The notes under the pieces: model-generated
The model's input: only the letters and a program-made list of their open reading frames with translations
Databases searched by the model: none
Told to the model about the DNA's origin: nothing
IMG/VR virus record: IMGVR_UViG_3300045922_000503
Location: 1 to 64,000 of that record
Reading direction: 5' to 3' (one strand)
Source of the DNA: a virus
Length of the DNA: 64,000 bases
In this document: positions 8,691-18,353 of the stretch, piece by piece
Numbering within the stretch: the first letter of the stretch is position 1
Layout of the letters: each line of letters starts with the position of its first letter
Position numbers and translations under genes: made by a program

Positions 8691-8723
8691 ATCTGTTACC
8701 CGTCAACTCCCCTAGACGTGGCT

Positions 8724-8733
8724 GGCCATAACA
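8724..8733 (+). promoter_or_regulatory. GGCCATAACA promoter motif plus hairpin ACAGGG-AATGGA-CCCTGT
   Basis: Exact motif ~46 nt upstream of ATG 8780. Confidence 0.75.
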
Positions 8734-8779
8734 TGGGTGCACAGGGAATGGACCCTGTTCTCGCTGCAGAGGCGCCATC

Positions 8780-9502
8780 ATGAGTACGCGGAAGCCCCAG
8801 TCCCCTCCCCCCGCACCGTTCCCCGTCCGTCAAGGGTCGGGGAAGTTTCCCCCCCTTGTGGCCAACTCTCTGGTGGTGGCCACCCGGCTTCTTCGCGAAG
8901 CAGGGTGGCTCCCTTTCGAGTGGGACAAGGTTTACCCGGGGGAAAGTCCGGAGGAGGCGCATGCCTCCGGCGCGAGGGCATTCCGTCAGGGGAGCCTGAC
9001 CCTGACCTTCGACCCCCGGAGGCCGATCCACCCGTGGACCCTGCACGTGGCCCCCGTACAGGGCCGGTCGTGGGTTCACTTGGTTCAACAGCACCCCTGG
9101 GGACCCGACTCCCCTTCGGTCGCGGGGCTGCTGAGCCTGCCCGCAGCGGCATGGGACTACGCTGACGACGCCCAGGTGCATGAGCGCCTGAGGCTGGCGG
9201 GGTACGAGGTCGTGCCTTCTGCCGTTGAGGGCATCACCCAGTGGCGGGGGTGTCTGCCCGGGACAGGGCAGATGGTTCAGATCGTTCAGGACCGCCCCGC
9301 GGACGACCCGCAGTGCCCTCTGCAGGGATACTGGGAGCTCCACTGCCTCGTCCTCGACAAGAGGACGCTGGAAGTCCGGGGCTTCCCGCTGGCTGAGTCC
9401 AGGAAGGGGCTCGGCCCCTTCATGAGCATGTCTTACTCAGGCCGGGTCGGAGACCTGGTCGTAACCGACGCCACCGTTGGCGTCATGCTGGGAGTGGTCT
9501 AA
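8780..9502 (+). CDS. Hypothetical protein (240 aa)
   Basis: ORF after promoter motif, TAATG-coupled to the next gene. Confidence 0.7.
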   Translation: MSTRKPQSPPPAPFPVRQGSGKFPPLVANSLVVATRLLREAGWLPFEWDKVYPGESPEEAHASGARAFRQGSLTLTFDPRRPIHPWTLHVAPVQGRSWVHLVQQHPWGPDSPSVAGLLSLPAAAWDYADDAQVHERLRLAGYEVVPSAVEGITQWRGCLPGTGQMVQIVQDRPADDPQCPLQGYWELHCLVLDKRTLEVRGFPLAESRKGLGPFMSMSYSGRVGDLVVTDATVGVMLGVV

Positions 9503-11124
9503 TGACTGCCATCTATAGCAAGATCAAAGAGCAGGCACTCGCGGCCACGAAGCGTCTCGCCCTCTCCAGCGTCCTGGCTGCTGGGGCAGGCAACGAAATG
9601 GCTCTGGAGGTCGCGGCCAGTGCCTTCAATATCCGGACGGGGCCTGAGCAGGCGTCGTCCTGGGGACTTCTGCTACGGCTTGGCACGAGGCTGCGTAAGT
9701 CGTCCTCCACCGTCTCCTATGAAGTCAGGCTGTTCTGTAGGGACGCCAATTTCTGGGGAAAGGGGGCGAAAGAGCCGGTCCCGGCGTACGTTCTGCTGAC
9801 AGCGGTGGACCGGCAGGCAGACCAGCACTACCCGCTGGTTAGGCAGAAGATCCGGGCGTCCTCCATTGACGACGCGGTAGGGCAGGCGCTTCAGAGGGTC
9901 CAGTCCAAGAGGACCCAGGGGCACACGGTCTGGTCCCTGCTGGAGAATCCTTCAGAAGGAATGAATCTCCTGCCCTGGTGGGCGGGAACCATGGATTCTC
10001 CGCCTGCCCCCAGAGACTCAGAGGATCGCCGGCAGGCCGCAGCATCGTGCCAGGTGGAACAGGCGTACGCCTCCCTGCCTCCCATCGATGACTTCCCTGC
10101 GGAGGAATCCAAGCCATCCGCAAACCTTCTTCTCCCCTTTACGGACGAGGTGAAGGCCGAACCTCCTCCTCCTGACTACTGGGGCGGGCCCATCTGGACG
10201 CGCGTCAACTCCATCCTCGATGCGCGGAGGACCCAGCCAGCGAGGCTGCCAATTATTCTGGTCGTCGACACAGAGACCACGGGTCTCGACGCCACGGAGT
10301 CAGTGGTGACTGAACTGGGAGTCGCCGTATACAGCCTCGCACCCGAGCATGACCGCTGTTCTGGGCTGCTGATGCAGATGAGCACGATGATGGGAGGGGC
10401 GCTTACATCCTCTAAGTTCGTGCCAGCCGACGTGGACACGACTGCACCAGTCACAGGCATCTCGTCTGAGGGGTTCATTCCTGCAGCGAGATGGACAGGT
10501 TCGCAGGGATGGATGGAAGAGCGGGTCTTGAGCCTCTTCTCTCATGAAGACGTGGTTGCGGTCCTCGCCCACAACGCCGCCTTCGACCGGGCGTTCGTCG
10601 ACCCTCTGCTCCCTGAAGAGATCAGAGAGGACGGCAAGCGCCCCCTGCTGTGGATTGACACAGCGTTCACGCGCCCTTGGGGCAAGGCACAGTTCATGGG
10701 AGACAGGACCAATCTCCGTGACTTGGTCCTGTCCCACAAGCTGGGCATCTCCAGCGCACACAGGGCGCTGGCGGACGTGGATATGATCACCCGGGTTCTC
10801 GACCTCTACACGGAGGATGAGTATGGGGACCCCACAAGGGTCGACCTTATCGACTGCCTCTGGAAGGAGAGTCAGCACCTGTGGTGGGACCCTAACGACC
10901 CCGCTGTGCAAGTCGTGGTTCACGTGTCGTACGAAAGCAGGGACGTGCCCAAGGGACTGGGGCTTCAGTGGGACCCGGAAAACAAGAACTGGCGCAAGAT
11001 CTGCCGTCAGTCGGACGTCAAGGCCATCCGGGACAGGATTCACCACCCGGATAAGGTCTTCTACGAGATCTTGGGCGTGAAGGAGGCTATCGCTCTCCGC
11101 AACAAGGCGCTCATCCGCCGATGA
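9502..11124 (+). CDS. DEDDh 3'-5' exonuclease (DnaQ/epsilon-like) with long N-terminal extension
   Basis: ExoI VVDTETTGL, ExoII AHNAAFDRAF, ExoIII AHRALADV; C-terminal VSYESRD...LGLQWDPENKNW small domain. Confidence 0.85.
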   Translation: MTAIYSKIKEQALAATKRLALSSVLAAGAGNEMALEVAASAFNIRTGPEQASSWGLLLRLGTRLRKSSSTVSYEVRLFCRDANFWGKGAKEPVPAYVLLTAVDRQADQHYPLVRQKIRASSIDDAVGQALQRVQSKRTQGHTVWSLLENPSEGMNLLPWWAGTMDSPPAPRDSEDRRQAAASCQVEQAYASLPPIDDFPAEESKPSANLLLPFTDEVKAEPPPPDYWGGPIWTRVNSILDARRTQPARLPIILVVDTETTGLDATESVVTELGVAVYSLAPEHDRCSGLLMQMSTMMGGALTSSKFVPADVDTTAPVTGISSEGFIPAARWTGSQGWMEERVLSLFSHEDVVAVLAHNAAFDRAFVDPLLPEEIREDGKRPLLWIDTAFTRPWGKAQFMGDRTNLRDLVLSHKLGISSAHRALADVDMITRVLDLYTEDEYGDPTRVDLIDCLWKESQHLWWDPNDPAVQVVVHVSYESRDVPKGLGLQWDPENKNWRKICRQSDVKAIRDRIHHPDKVFYEILGVKEAIALRNKALIRR

Positions 11125-13455
11125 CTAGATCCCACCCCCTCCTCCTCCAAGGAGGGGGTCTCGGATCCCTGCGCGCTGCTCAGGCATATCTGCCTGACGC
11201 TGCGCCTTGGCGCCATCCAGCATTGACCTCAGCTCCTGCAGGATGGCAGGGTCAATGGCGGCGTCGTTCTTAGCTACCGCGAACGCCTCTTCCCACCTGT
11301 TCACGGGGATCTGCGAGAAGGATGCCACGAGGTCTTCCAGCGTCATCTCCTGCGCGGCCTCGGGGTTCTCCTCCACGGCCTCCTCCTCCTGTCCATCGCC
11401 CTGCAGAGTGAAGTTGGCAACGTTCTCCGCGATTCTGGATTCCAGGTCGAGGGGGCCTCCCTCGGCGGCAGGAGTAGGAGGAGGGACAGGCTGAGGCCCG
11501 GCTCCATGCATGCTTGGGTCCACAGGCGCGTGCATCGTCCTTTCCACCATGCTCTGGGCACGCCGGAGCTCGGGTGCGTTGGGGCCGAGGAACTGCATCA
11601 TCCTGTTGGGGTCTGCACCCAGGAACGTGATCATGTCGTGGTCCCGCCGGACAGCAAGCGCGTTCTGGACTGCCTGTCCCAGCTCTGCCAGGGCTGCAAT
11701 CCCTGCACCCCGGCCCTGTGCCTGCGCCTGAGCCTTCATGATGTTAGCTTGATTCTCTGCCTCGAGGTCGGCTCGCTTCTTCTGGATCTTGTTGTTGAAG
11801 TCGATGTCGTCCTCGATGGCCTTCTTCTCCGCCTCGTGATTGATGCGGAGCTCCGCGTGCAGGCGACTCATAGAGAGCTGCCCTGCGCTGACCATGGAAG
11901 AGAGCGCTCCCACGAATGCCAAGTCGTCTCCGATGCGCAGATCCGCCATGTCCAGCAGGTAGTTGCCCGGCTCCTCGCAGTAGATGCTGATGTGGTCGCT
12001 TACCCACTGAGCAAGTTCCTTGAGTCCGGTCTGCATCTCCTGCAGCAGCGCCAGCACCTGCTTGATGGAGACGTTGGATCCACTGTAGCTCATGCCCCCG
12101 AATAGGAACTCTACAGGGCACCCCAGAGATGCGCAGATCATCTCCATGGTGGCCCGGATCTCCTGGTGAACAGTCAAGGCCTTGCCCTCTCCTCCGACGG
12201 TGTGAGAGCCCACAGGGAAGGGCATGACCCCGCGGTAGTTCGGGTCACTGCTGTGGCGCTTCACCACGTCGGCGATTACTGGCATGTAGTTGCTGACGTT
12301 GATGTTGTCCCACAGCGTCGTACCCCCTGGGGAGGGGGCAGGGAAGAGGATGGTCAACGGGTTGAGCCCCTGAGCCGCAGTGGCTTGAGAGGACTTTTCG
12401 TAGATGCGTAGAAGCCACGTCTCCTTGAAGCTCGCCACCATGTCGGGGATAGGGAGTCCGTGAATGCCATGGGAAGGAAAGGGAGAGGTCCAGATAAAGA
12501 CCTCTTCGTCCCGAAGACGCATGACGCGTCCGCCAGTGCCATCAGTAACTAAGGCATGGCCGGCGGGGCTCAGCACAGCTTCGAGGTACTCCTGTCGGTA
12601 ACCCAGGAACATCTCGTGGTCGTACCTGGCGTAGTACTCGATCATCTCTACTTCGGAGTCAGGGATCCGGTAGTAGAGTCGGACGGCCCCGGTGAACTGG
12701 TTGCGGAGGGACCTGATGCAGTTCATGTCCAGCACGACAGGCTTGATGCGGTACTTGTCGTGACTGATGATCATGTCCCTGATGGGCGCGTCGAATGTCT
12801 TCTGACAGGAGGGGGTATCGCAGGAAAATACCTTCGCCCGGAGGTAGCCATCTACCAGCTGAAAGCTGCCAGGGCGCAGGTCGTTAGGGGTGCCACAGTG
12901 GGGACATGTGCACTGCTTGACGAAGGGCCTCTGAATCAGCGCCACCGCAGCAGAGTACATGCAGGCGGTCGCTGCAAATTGCTTCAAGAAGCTCCTGAGC
13001 TTGATGGTCTTGTCCAGGTAGTTGGCCCATTGCGTCGCGCCGTCGTCTCCCCCGATAGCGATGACCCCTGGCTGACGGGCACCTGCTGCATGATTTCCAC
13101 CGGTGGCCTTCTTGACTGCGTCAGACGTGTCGGCAGCGTTGCGGACGAGGACTTCGGTGACAGGCAGCGTGGAGAAGTTGCGGACGTAGGTCTTGTGAGC
13201 GGGGGATGTGCAGGCCAGGTACCGGCAGAGCTCGTAGACCTCGTGGGGCTTGGAGGGCAGCTTTGTATCGGTGAGGTCCAGCCACTGGTTGGGGATGTAC
13301 GTGCTCAGCGCGCTGCTGCCCGCCGCTCCTGTGATCCCTGTTACTCCCGCCAGCCCCGCTACGTCGTCGGCAGCAGTCATGCCCCGGCCGGTGTTGCCGG
13401 AGACTGGCAGAGGCGGCTTCGTCAGTGGGGGAGGGGGAGGAAGCGGAGTGGGCAT
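11125..13455 (-). CDS. Probable portal protein with Cys (Zn-ribbon-like) insertion
   Basis: 776 aa; helical portal-like organisation (HGLPIP...; IRATMEMICASLGCPVEFLFGG-SYSGSNV resembles the portal IxxxLGVP motif); acidic coiled-coil C-terminus; CTCPHC...CDTPSC. Confidence 0.6.
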   Translation of the reverse strand: MPTPLPPPPPLTKPPLPVSGNTGRGMTAADDVAGLAGVTGITGAAGSSALSTYIPNQWLDLTDTKLPSKPHEVYELCRYLACTSPAHKTYVRNFSTLPVTEVLVRNAADTSDAVKKATGGNHAAGARQPGVIAIGGDDGATQWANYLDKTIKLRSFLKQFAATACMYSAAVALIQRPFVKQCTCPHCGTPNDLRPGSFQLVDGYLRAKVFSCDTPSCQKTFDAPIRDMIISHDKYRIKPVVLDMNCIRSLRNQFTGAVRLYYRIPDSEVEMIEYYARYDHEMFLGYRQEYLEAVLSPAGHALVTDGTGGRVMRLRDEEVFIWTSPFPSHGIHGLPIPDMVASFKETWLLRIYEKSSQATAAQGLNPLTILFPAPSPGGTTLWDNINVSNYMPVIADVVKRHSSDPNYRGVMPFPVGSHTVGGEGKALTVHQEIRATMEMICASLGCPVEFLFGGMSYSGSNVSIKQVLALLQEMQTGLKELAQWVSDHISIYCEEPGNYLLDMADLRIGDDLAFVGALSSMVSAGQLSMSRLHAELRINHEAEKKAIEDDIDFNNKIQKKRADLEAENQANIMKAQAQAQGRGAGIAALAELGQAVQNALAVRRDHDMITFLGADPNRMMQFLGPNAPELRRAQSMVERTMHAPVDPSMHGAGPQPVPPPTPAAEGGPLDLESRIAENVANFTLQGDGQEEEAVEENPEAAQEMTLEDLVASFSQIPVNRWEEAFAVAKNDAAIDPAILQELRSMLDGAKAQRQADMPEQRAGIRDPLLGGGGGGI

Positions 13456-13534
13456 GGTGTCTCCTGGCCACGGGAGTGCAGGTGTCGTGGATACGCGGAC
13501 GACGCTACTTTATGCGTGCCGGCATGTCCACGGT

Positions 13535-13544
13535 GGCCATAACA
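13535..13544 (+). promoter_or_regulatory. GGCCATAACA promoter motif
   Basis: Exact motif; points into a non-coding structured segment. Confidence 0.7.
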
Positions 13545-13715
13545 GCCGTGCCCAGACATAGGTCACCGCCCTGCGCTCTGGAGAGAGGGACAGAGCGCAG
13601 GGCGGCTTCCTTTGGGCCAGGTGCTTAGAGGCTCAGCGGGGGGTGTAAATCCGCGGCCTCGCCCTGGGTGTACGCCCCATACAGAATCTGACCCGGGACG
13701 TCAAGGGCGCAGACG
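13545..13715 (+). ncRNA. Candidate structured small RNA
   Basis: 15-bp perfect stem CCGCCCTGCGCTCTG/CAGAGCGCAGGGCGG, then a stem-loop whose loop GGGGTGTA can pair with downstream TACGCCCC. Confidence 0.4.
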
Positions 13716-14546
13716 TTACAGGAGTCGACGCTCCAGCTCACGCAACGCGTCCTGCACAGAAGGGCGCGGAACGTGCTCCGGTGCCGTCCAGCGGCGGCAC
13801 GCCACGACCGAGGAAGACTCGTCCAGCCGAACCTCATACATCGCGTCGGTCGCGTCCTTCCCCACCGCGAGACCTGCAGGGAGGTCTCGCACAAAGGCTT
13901 CCGGGATGGCGTCCGGTCGCCACTCACCTACCCTGACACGCACCTTACCATCTTCGCCGGGCAGGAGCCGGGCCGGCAGCCAGTCTCCACCGTTGTTCCA
14001 GCGCAGAGCTACCGGTATGTCGGCGAGGTAGATGCGACCGCCGAGCAGATCATGCTCCAACGCATCGCTGGTCCCGCACGCCAGCGTGACGAAGTCGTCG
14101 TTCAGACTCCTGTCGGTCGAGTACACGAACCGCCGGAGCAGACCCGCTACAAGCGCTGCATCGCCTACATCGGTAAGCCACAGGCGAGCCAGCGTCAGCA
14201 GGTGGTCCCATGCCCGGACATGGACGCGGGCATCCGCCTCGGACAACGCAGATGCATGGACATCCAGGAACCTGAGCAAGGCGCGCCGCGCGGTGCCCGT
14301 GCGACCGGCCCGAAGAAAGAGGCGGCTCTCAGCCAGCAAGGATTCGGCTGCAGGCGCTAGCCCTACCTGCGCCCCGCACACCGCACCTGCGCGATCCGTA
14401 GCCATCGCGGGGGAACCCTCAGGACGGGACCGCGGCAACTGATAGGCACCATGTGGAGACCGGCTGACCATCTTCTCACGCCTGACGTCTGTTCCCGGTC
14501 GCTCCTGCAGATCCGCAGGGGCACCATACATCTTCCCTGCGCGCAC
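13716..14546 (-). CDS. Hypothetical protein (true start possibly ATG 14405)
   Basis: Long ORF filling the gap between portal and nrdJ. Confidence 0.6.
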   Translation of the reverse strand: MRAGKMYGAPADLQERPGTDVRREKMVSRSPHGAYQLPRSRPEGSPAMATDRAGAVCGAQVGLAPAAESLLAESRLFLRAGRTGTARRALLRFLDVHASALSEADARVHVRAWDHLLTLARLWLTDVGDAALVAGLLRRFVYSTDRSLNDDFVTLACGTSDALEHDLLGGRIYLADIPVALRWNNGGDWLPARLLPGEDGKVRVRVGEWRPDAIPEAFVRDLPAGLAVGKDATDAMYEVRLDESSSVVACRRWTAPEHVPRPSVQDALRELERRLL

Positions 14547-14787
14547 GTCGACCCCCTACCGTCGACAGCCAAGTTCGCATGGGCCCCTGAGCACTGGAGG
14601 CTGCGCCGTAGTCCTTTGTTCCATATCTTCAACAAAGAGTTGCAGTAGCCGCAACTGCCCTGGTCTCAGGGACTTAGCAGGGAGTCCCCCTCAGGACGCA
14701 GGAAGGACGACTGACGAGTCGCCCTTCGTTCTTCATACTGAACTTCCCGCCCACGATATCCGTGGGCCCTCTCACCCCAAGGACCGC

Positions 14788-17700
14788 ATGTCTCCGATTG
14801 TCTTCACCGGCGAAGCTGCTCCCTCTCCTGCTCACGACACGAACTACAACTTGGAAGGCGGGAAATCCGCTCCCATTCAGATGGACCCGGCCGCGCTGGC
14901 CACTGAGTACGCATTTCAAGAAGTGGGGGTACTGGAGCACTCCACGGGCACGACGGCCTTCGTGTGGGCCCCTGAGCACTGGTCCACCAACGCGGTCAGC
15001 ATCCTCGCGAACAAGTACATGAGGAAGACCGGCGTTCCCGCCAGCGGGGACAGCGTCGTAGATGAGGATGCAGAGCACCCCCTGTCCCGATCCCACCTCA
15101 CCCAGGTCAGCTCGACCAAGGCGGTCCCCGCATGGCTTCTCCCGAGGAAGCCAGCCCCAGGAGCGGCCCTGGGCAGAGAGACGCATGCCCATCAGGTATT
15201 CCACCGTCTGGCTGGCTGCTGGACCTACTGGGGCTGGCTTGAGGGTCGGTTCTCCACGGAGCAGGACGCGTGGGACTTCTACCGCAGCATCTACGCGGAT
15301 CTCTACCACCAGAAGGCTGCACCCAACTCCCCGCAGTGGTTCAATACGGGTCTCCACTGGGCCTACGGCATCACAGGGCCTGCTCAAGGGCACTGGTTCA
15401 TCAACGCCAAGGGGGAGGCAGAGAAGTCCAAGGACGCCTACAGCCGCCCACAGCCCCACGCCTGCTTCATTCAGGCCGTCAGCGATGACCTGACGGGGGA
15501 GGGAGGCATCATGGGCCTCTGGCAGCGGGAGGCCCTGGTGTTCAAGTTTGGCTCAGGCACAGGCTCCAACTTCTCGTCCATCCGCGCCAAGGGGGAGAAG
15601 CTCTCTGGCGGGGGAACGAGCTCTGGCCTGATGAGCTTCCTCAAGATCGGGGACACCGTAGGGGGAGCTATCAAGAGTGGAGGGACGACACGCCGGGCGG
15701 CCAAGATGGTCTGCGTGGACGTGGACCACCCGGAGATTGAGGACTTCATCGTCTGGAAGGCCCGAGAGGAGATGAAGGCGGCATCGCTTCATGTGGGCGC
15801 AGCTGCCCTTGTGGACTTCTCCAAGGCCATCCACTTGGCCAACAGGCTGCTGTCTGAGGGCCCCGCACGACCAGACGCAGACCAGCTGCTTCGAGACATG
15901 CTCAAGCACTGGTCCACCAGGGTGCATCCCAAGGTGTGGGACAGGTTCCTGTCCTTTGTCACGGCCGGCGGCGACCCGGTGACCTTCGCCAACATGATCT
16001 CCGACATGGAGATGAGCGTCGACTGGCAGGGAGAGGCTTACGAGACGGTCTCAGGTCAGAACGCCAACAACTCCGTTCGGGTCTCGGACGAGTTCATGCA
16101 GGCTGCCGCGGAGCTACGACCCTGGCACCTGACTGCCAGGACCACCGGGGAGACCATGAAGACGGTGGACGCCCGGGGGCTGTGGGACAGCATCTGTGAG
16201 TCGGCGTGGGCGTGCGCAGACCCCGGTCTACAGTTCGACGACACCATCAACTCCTGGAACACGCTGCCTTGGGAGGGACGAATCAACGCGTCCAACCCAT
16301 GCTCGGAGTACATGTTCCTGGACGACACCGCATGCAACCTAGCGTCCCTCAACCTCGTCGCGTTCGCAGCGCGCGAGCCTGGGAAGAAGGCGAGGGCCTT
16401 CAACCTCCTGGCGTTTGCAGACGCATGTGAGCGGTGGACTCAGGTCCTTGACACCAGCGTGACCATGGCGCAGTTCCCGTCCCGCCAGATGGCCATCAAC
16501 TCTGCCCGCTACCGGACTCTGGGCCTCGGCTACGCCAACCTAGGCGGTCTGCTCATGCGCATGGGCATCGCCTACGACAGCGATGACGGTCGCCACCTCG
16601 CTGCCCTCATCACAGGAACGCTGCAGATGTCGGCCATCAGGGCCAGTCATCGGACAGCGAACACGGACTCGATTCACCCCGCCGCCAAGGCAGCAGCCTA
16701 TGCACCGGACCAGCCGGAAGACCGGCAGGGGCGCAACATCCGGGATACGGCAGTGATCATGCTCCGGCATCTTGACCTCTTCCAGTCAGTTCTCGATGTC
16801 GAGCAGCACACCACAGGCCAGAGGCGTGTCATCGACGCTCACGTCCGGGAGATCAGCCGCCGGACCAGCGGCGTGGTGTCCGCTGTCCAGAGCGGGGACG
16901 ATCTATTCAACAACGCTCAGCTGTCTGTTCTCGCACCCACGGGCACCATCAGTCTGCTCATGGACTGCGACACCACAGGCATCGAGCCTGACTTCGCACT
17001 GGTGAAGTACAAGTCCCTCGCCGGCGGCGGCGGGATGACCATCGTCAACGCGTCTGTGCCGGAAGGGCTTATCGCCCTGGGGTACAAAGACGTCGGAGAG
17101 AAGGCAGACCAGATCCTGTCAGGCAAGCACCGCCTCGACGAAATTCTGGACCCTGCCCACGTCCCCGTCTTCGCAGTGGCGGCGAGCAACGACCCGAGCC
17201 CTGGGGCAGTCGTGTCGCCCTCTGGCCACGTCCAGATGATGGCTGTCTGTCAGCCCTTCATCAGTGGCGCCATCTCCAAGACCGTCAACCTCCCCACGGG
17301 CGCCACGGTTCAGGACGTCAGCTCCGTTTACCGGGAGGCATGGGCGTCTGGAGTCAAAGCTATCGCGCTCTATGTCGATGGCTCTAAGCTCAGCCAGCCG
17401 CTCAACGGTTCTCTGCACGGGCCTGACGAAATTCCTGAGCTTCCTCGCTTCAACGAGGAAAGCGAGACCCAGCGCATGCGTTCCATCCTCTCAGGCTCCA
17501 CACGGCAGGAGTGGAAGTACGCGCCGGAGGAGCCACCCGAGTACCCTGCAGCAGAGGAGTACGAGTCGGCCGGCGGCTGGTCATCTCTCAGTCGCGGGCA
17601 GCGCCAGCGGCTTCCCAACCTCCGGGAGAGCATTACGCAGCGGGCACAGATCAACGGGGACTCCATCCACGTGACGGCGTCCTTCGACCCGTCCACCGGC

Positions 17701-18135
17701 AACCTGGCGGAGGTCTTCGCCAGCATGTACGGAGCAGGGAGCTCGATCAGCGGGCTCCTCGACGTGGTGGCCAAGCTGGCCTCCGTGGCGATGCAGCATG
17801 GAACGCCGGCGCAGGATGTCATCGACGTGCTGAAGGGGACGAAGTTCTCTCCTGCTGGCTTTGTGGCGCACCACGAAGCCATCAGGTCTGCGACGTCCGT
17901 GACGGACTTCATCGGCCGCCACCTTGAGTACCTGATTGACCGCCGAGAGAGGACAGATAACCTCCCGACTTCGCAAGAGAAAGTAGAGTTCTTTACCGAT
18001 TCTGCTCCCGCGGCGCCTGTGCCTACCTCGGGCCTCACCGGGTCGATCTGCTCTTCATGCGGAGGCTCTCGAATGATCCGCGCCGGCTCGTGTGAGACGT
18101 GTCTGGACTGCGGATCGACGTCGGGCTGCGGGTGA
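14788..18135 (+). CDS. nrdJ: Class II (adenosylcobalamin-dependent) ribonucleotide reductase
   Basis: PNSPQWFN, HACFI, GGTTRRAAKM, catalytic ASNPCSE, ACNLASLN, APTGTIS, SGAISKTVN; C-terminal TSCPD-like domain and Cys ribbon. Confidence 0.95.
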   Translation: MSPIVFTGEAAPSPAHDTNYNLEGGKSAPIQMDPAALATEYAFQEVGVLEHSTGTTAFVWAPEHWSTNAVSILANKYMRKTGVPASGDSVVDEDAEHPLSRSHLTQVSSTKAVPAWLLPRKPAPGAALGRETHAHQVFHRLAGCWTYWGWLEGRFSTEQDAWDFYRSIYADLYHQKAAPNSPQWFNTGLHWAYGITGPAQGHWFINAKGEAEKSKDAYSRPQPHACFIQAVSDDLTGEGGIMGLWQREALVFKFGSGTGSNFSSIRAKGEKLSGGGTSSGLMSFLKIGDTVGGAIKSGGTTRRAAKMVCVDVDHPEIEDFIVWKAREEMKAASLHVGAAALVDFSKAIHLANRLLSEGPARPDADQLLRDMLKHWSTRVHPKVWDRFLSFVTAGGDPVTFANMISDMEMSVDWQGEAYETVSGQNANNSVRVSDEFMQAAAELRPWHLTARTTGETMKTVDARGLWDSICESAWACADPGLQFDDTINSWNTLPWEGRINASNPCSEYMFLDDTACNLASLNLVAFAAREPGKKARAFNLLAFADACERWTQVLDTSVTMAQFPSRQMAINSARYRTLGLGYANLGGLLMRMGIAYDSDDGRHLAALITGTLQMSAIRASHRTANTDSIHPAAKAAAYAPDQPEDRQGRNIRDTAVIMLRHLDLFQSVLDVEQHTTGQRRVIDAHVREISRRTSGVVSAVQSGDDLFNNAQLSVLAPTGTISLLMDCDTTGIEPDFALVKYKSLAGGGGMTIVNASVPEGLIALGYKDVGEKADQILSGKHRLDEILDPAHVPVFAVAASNDPSPGAVVSPSGHVQMMAVCQPFISGAISKTVNLPTGATVQDVSSVYREAWASGVKAIALYVDGSKLSQPLNGSLHGPDEIPELPRFNEESETQRMRSILSGSTRQEWKYAPEEPPEYPAAEEYESAGGWSSLSRGQRQRLPNLRESITQRAQINGDSIHVTASFDPSTGNLAEVFASMYGAGSSISGLLDVVAKLASVAMQHGTPAQDVIDVLKGTKFSPAGFVAHHEAIRSATSVTDFIGRHLEYLIDRRERTDNLPTSQEKVEFFTDSAPAAPVPTSGLTGSICSSCGGSRMIRAGSCETCLDCGSTSGCG

Positions 18136-18228
18136 GCTAAGGCAGATTTCCCTACGCCTACCTGACGGTCGATTCCGACTGAGGGCGCGTAAGCTCCCGA
18201 CTCTACAACACAAAACTCAACTCTTTAC

Positions 18229-18298
18229 CAGCACCGCGTGGCTTCCGAAGCACCCTGACACTTGAAGGGTGCGGCAGGCAGTCACGCGGTGCTGCTTT
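18229..18298 (+). terminator. Long stem-loop after nrdJ (terminator or structured RNA)
   Basis: CAGCACCGCGTGGC/GTCACGCGGTGCTG enclosing GCACCCT/AGGGTGC, followed by CTTT. Confidence 0.45.
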
Positions 18299-18318
18299 AG
18301 CCGTTGGTCGTCGCCTCC

Positions 18319-18328
18319 GGCCATAACA
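18319..18328 (+). promoter_or_regulatory. GGCCATAACA promoter motif
   Basis: Exact motif 25 nt upstream of ATG 18354; GGAGG RBS. Confidence 0.75.
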
Positions 18329-18353
18329 CCCGTGTCCCAACCCCGGAGGTTTC

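Noticed and set aside
7730-14653. 15-bp match GTTGCAGTAGCCGCA upstream of the amidase and of nrdJ
   Set aside because: A single 15-mer pair is within chance expectation for 64 kb of GC-rich DNA; no third copy seen.
14547-14787. Cobalamin riboswitch or NrdR box upstream of nrdJ
   Set aside because: No B12-box or convincing NrdR palindrome recognisable by eye.
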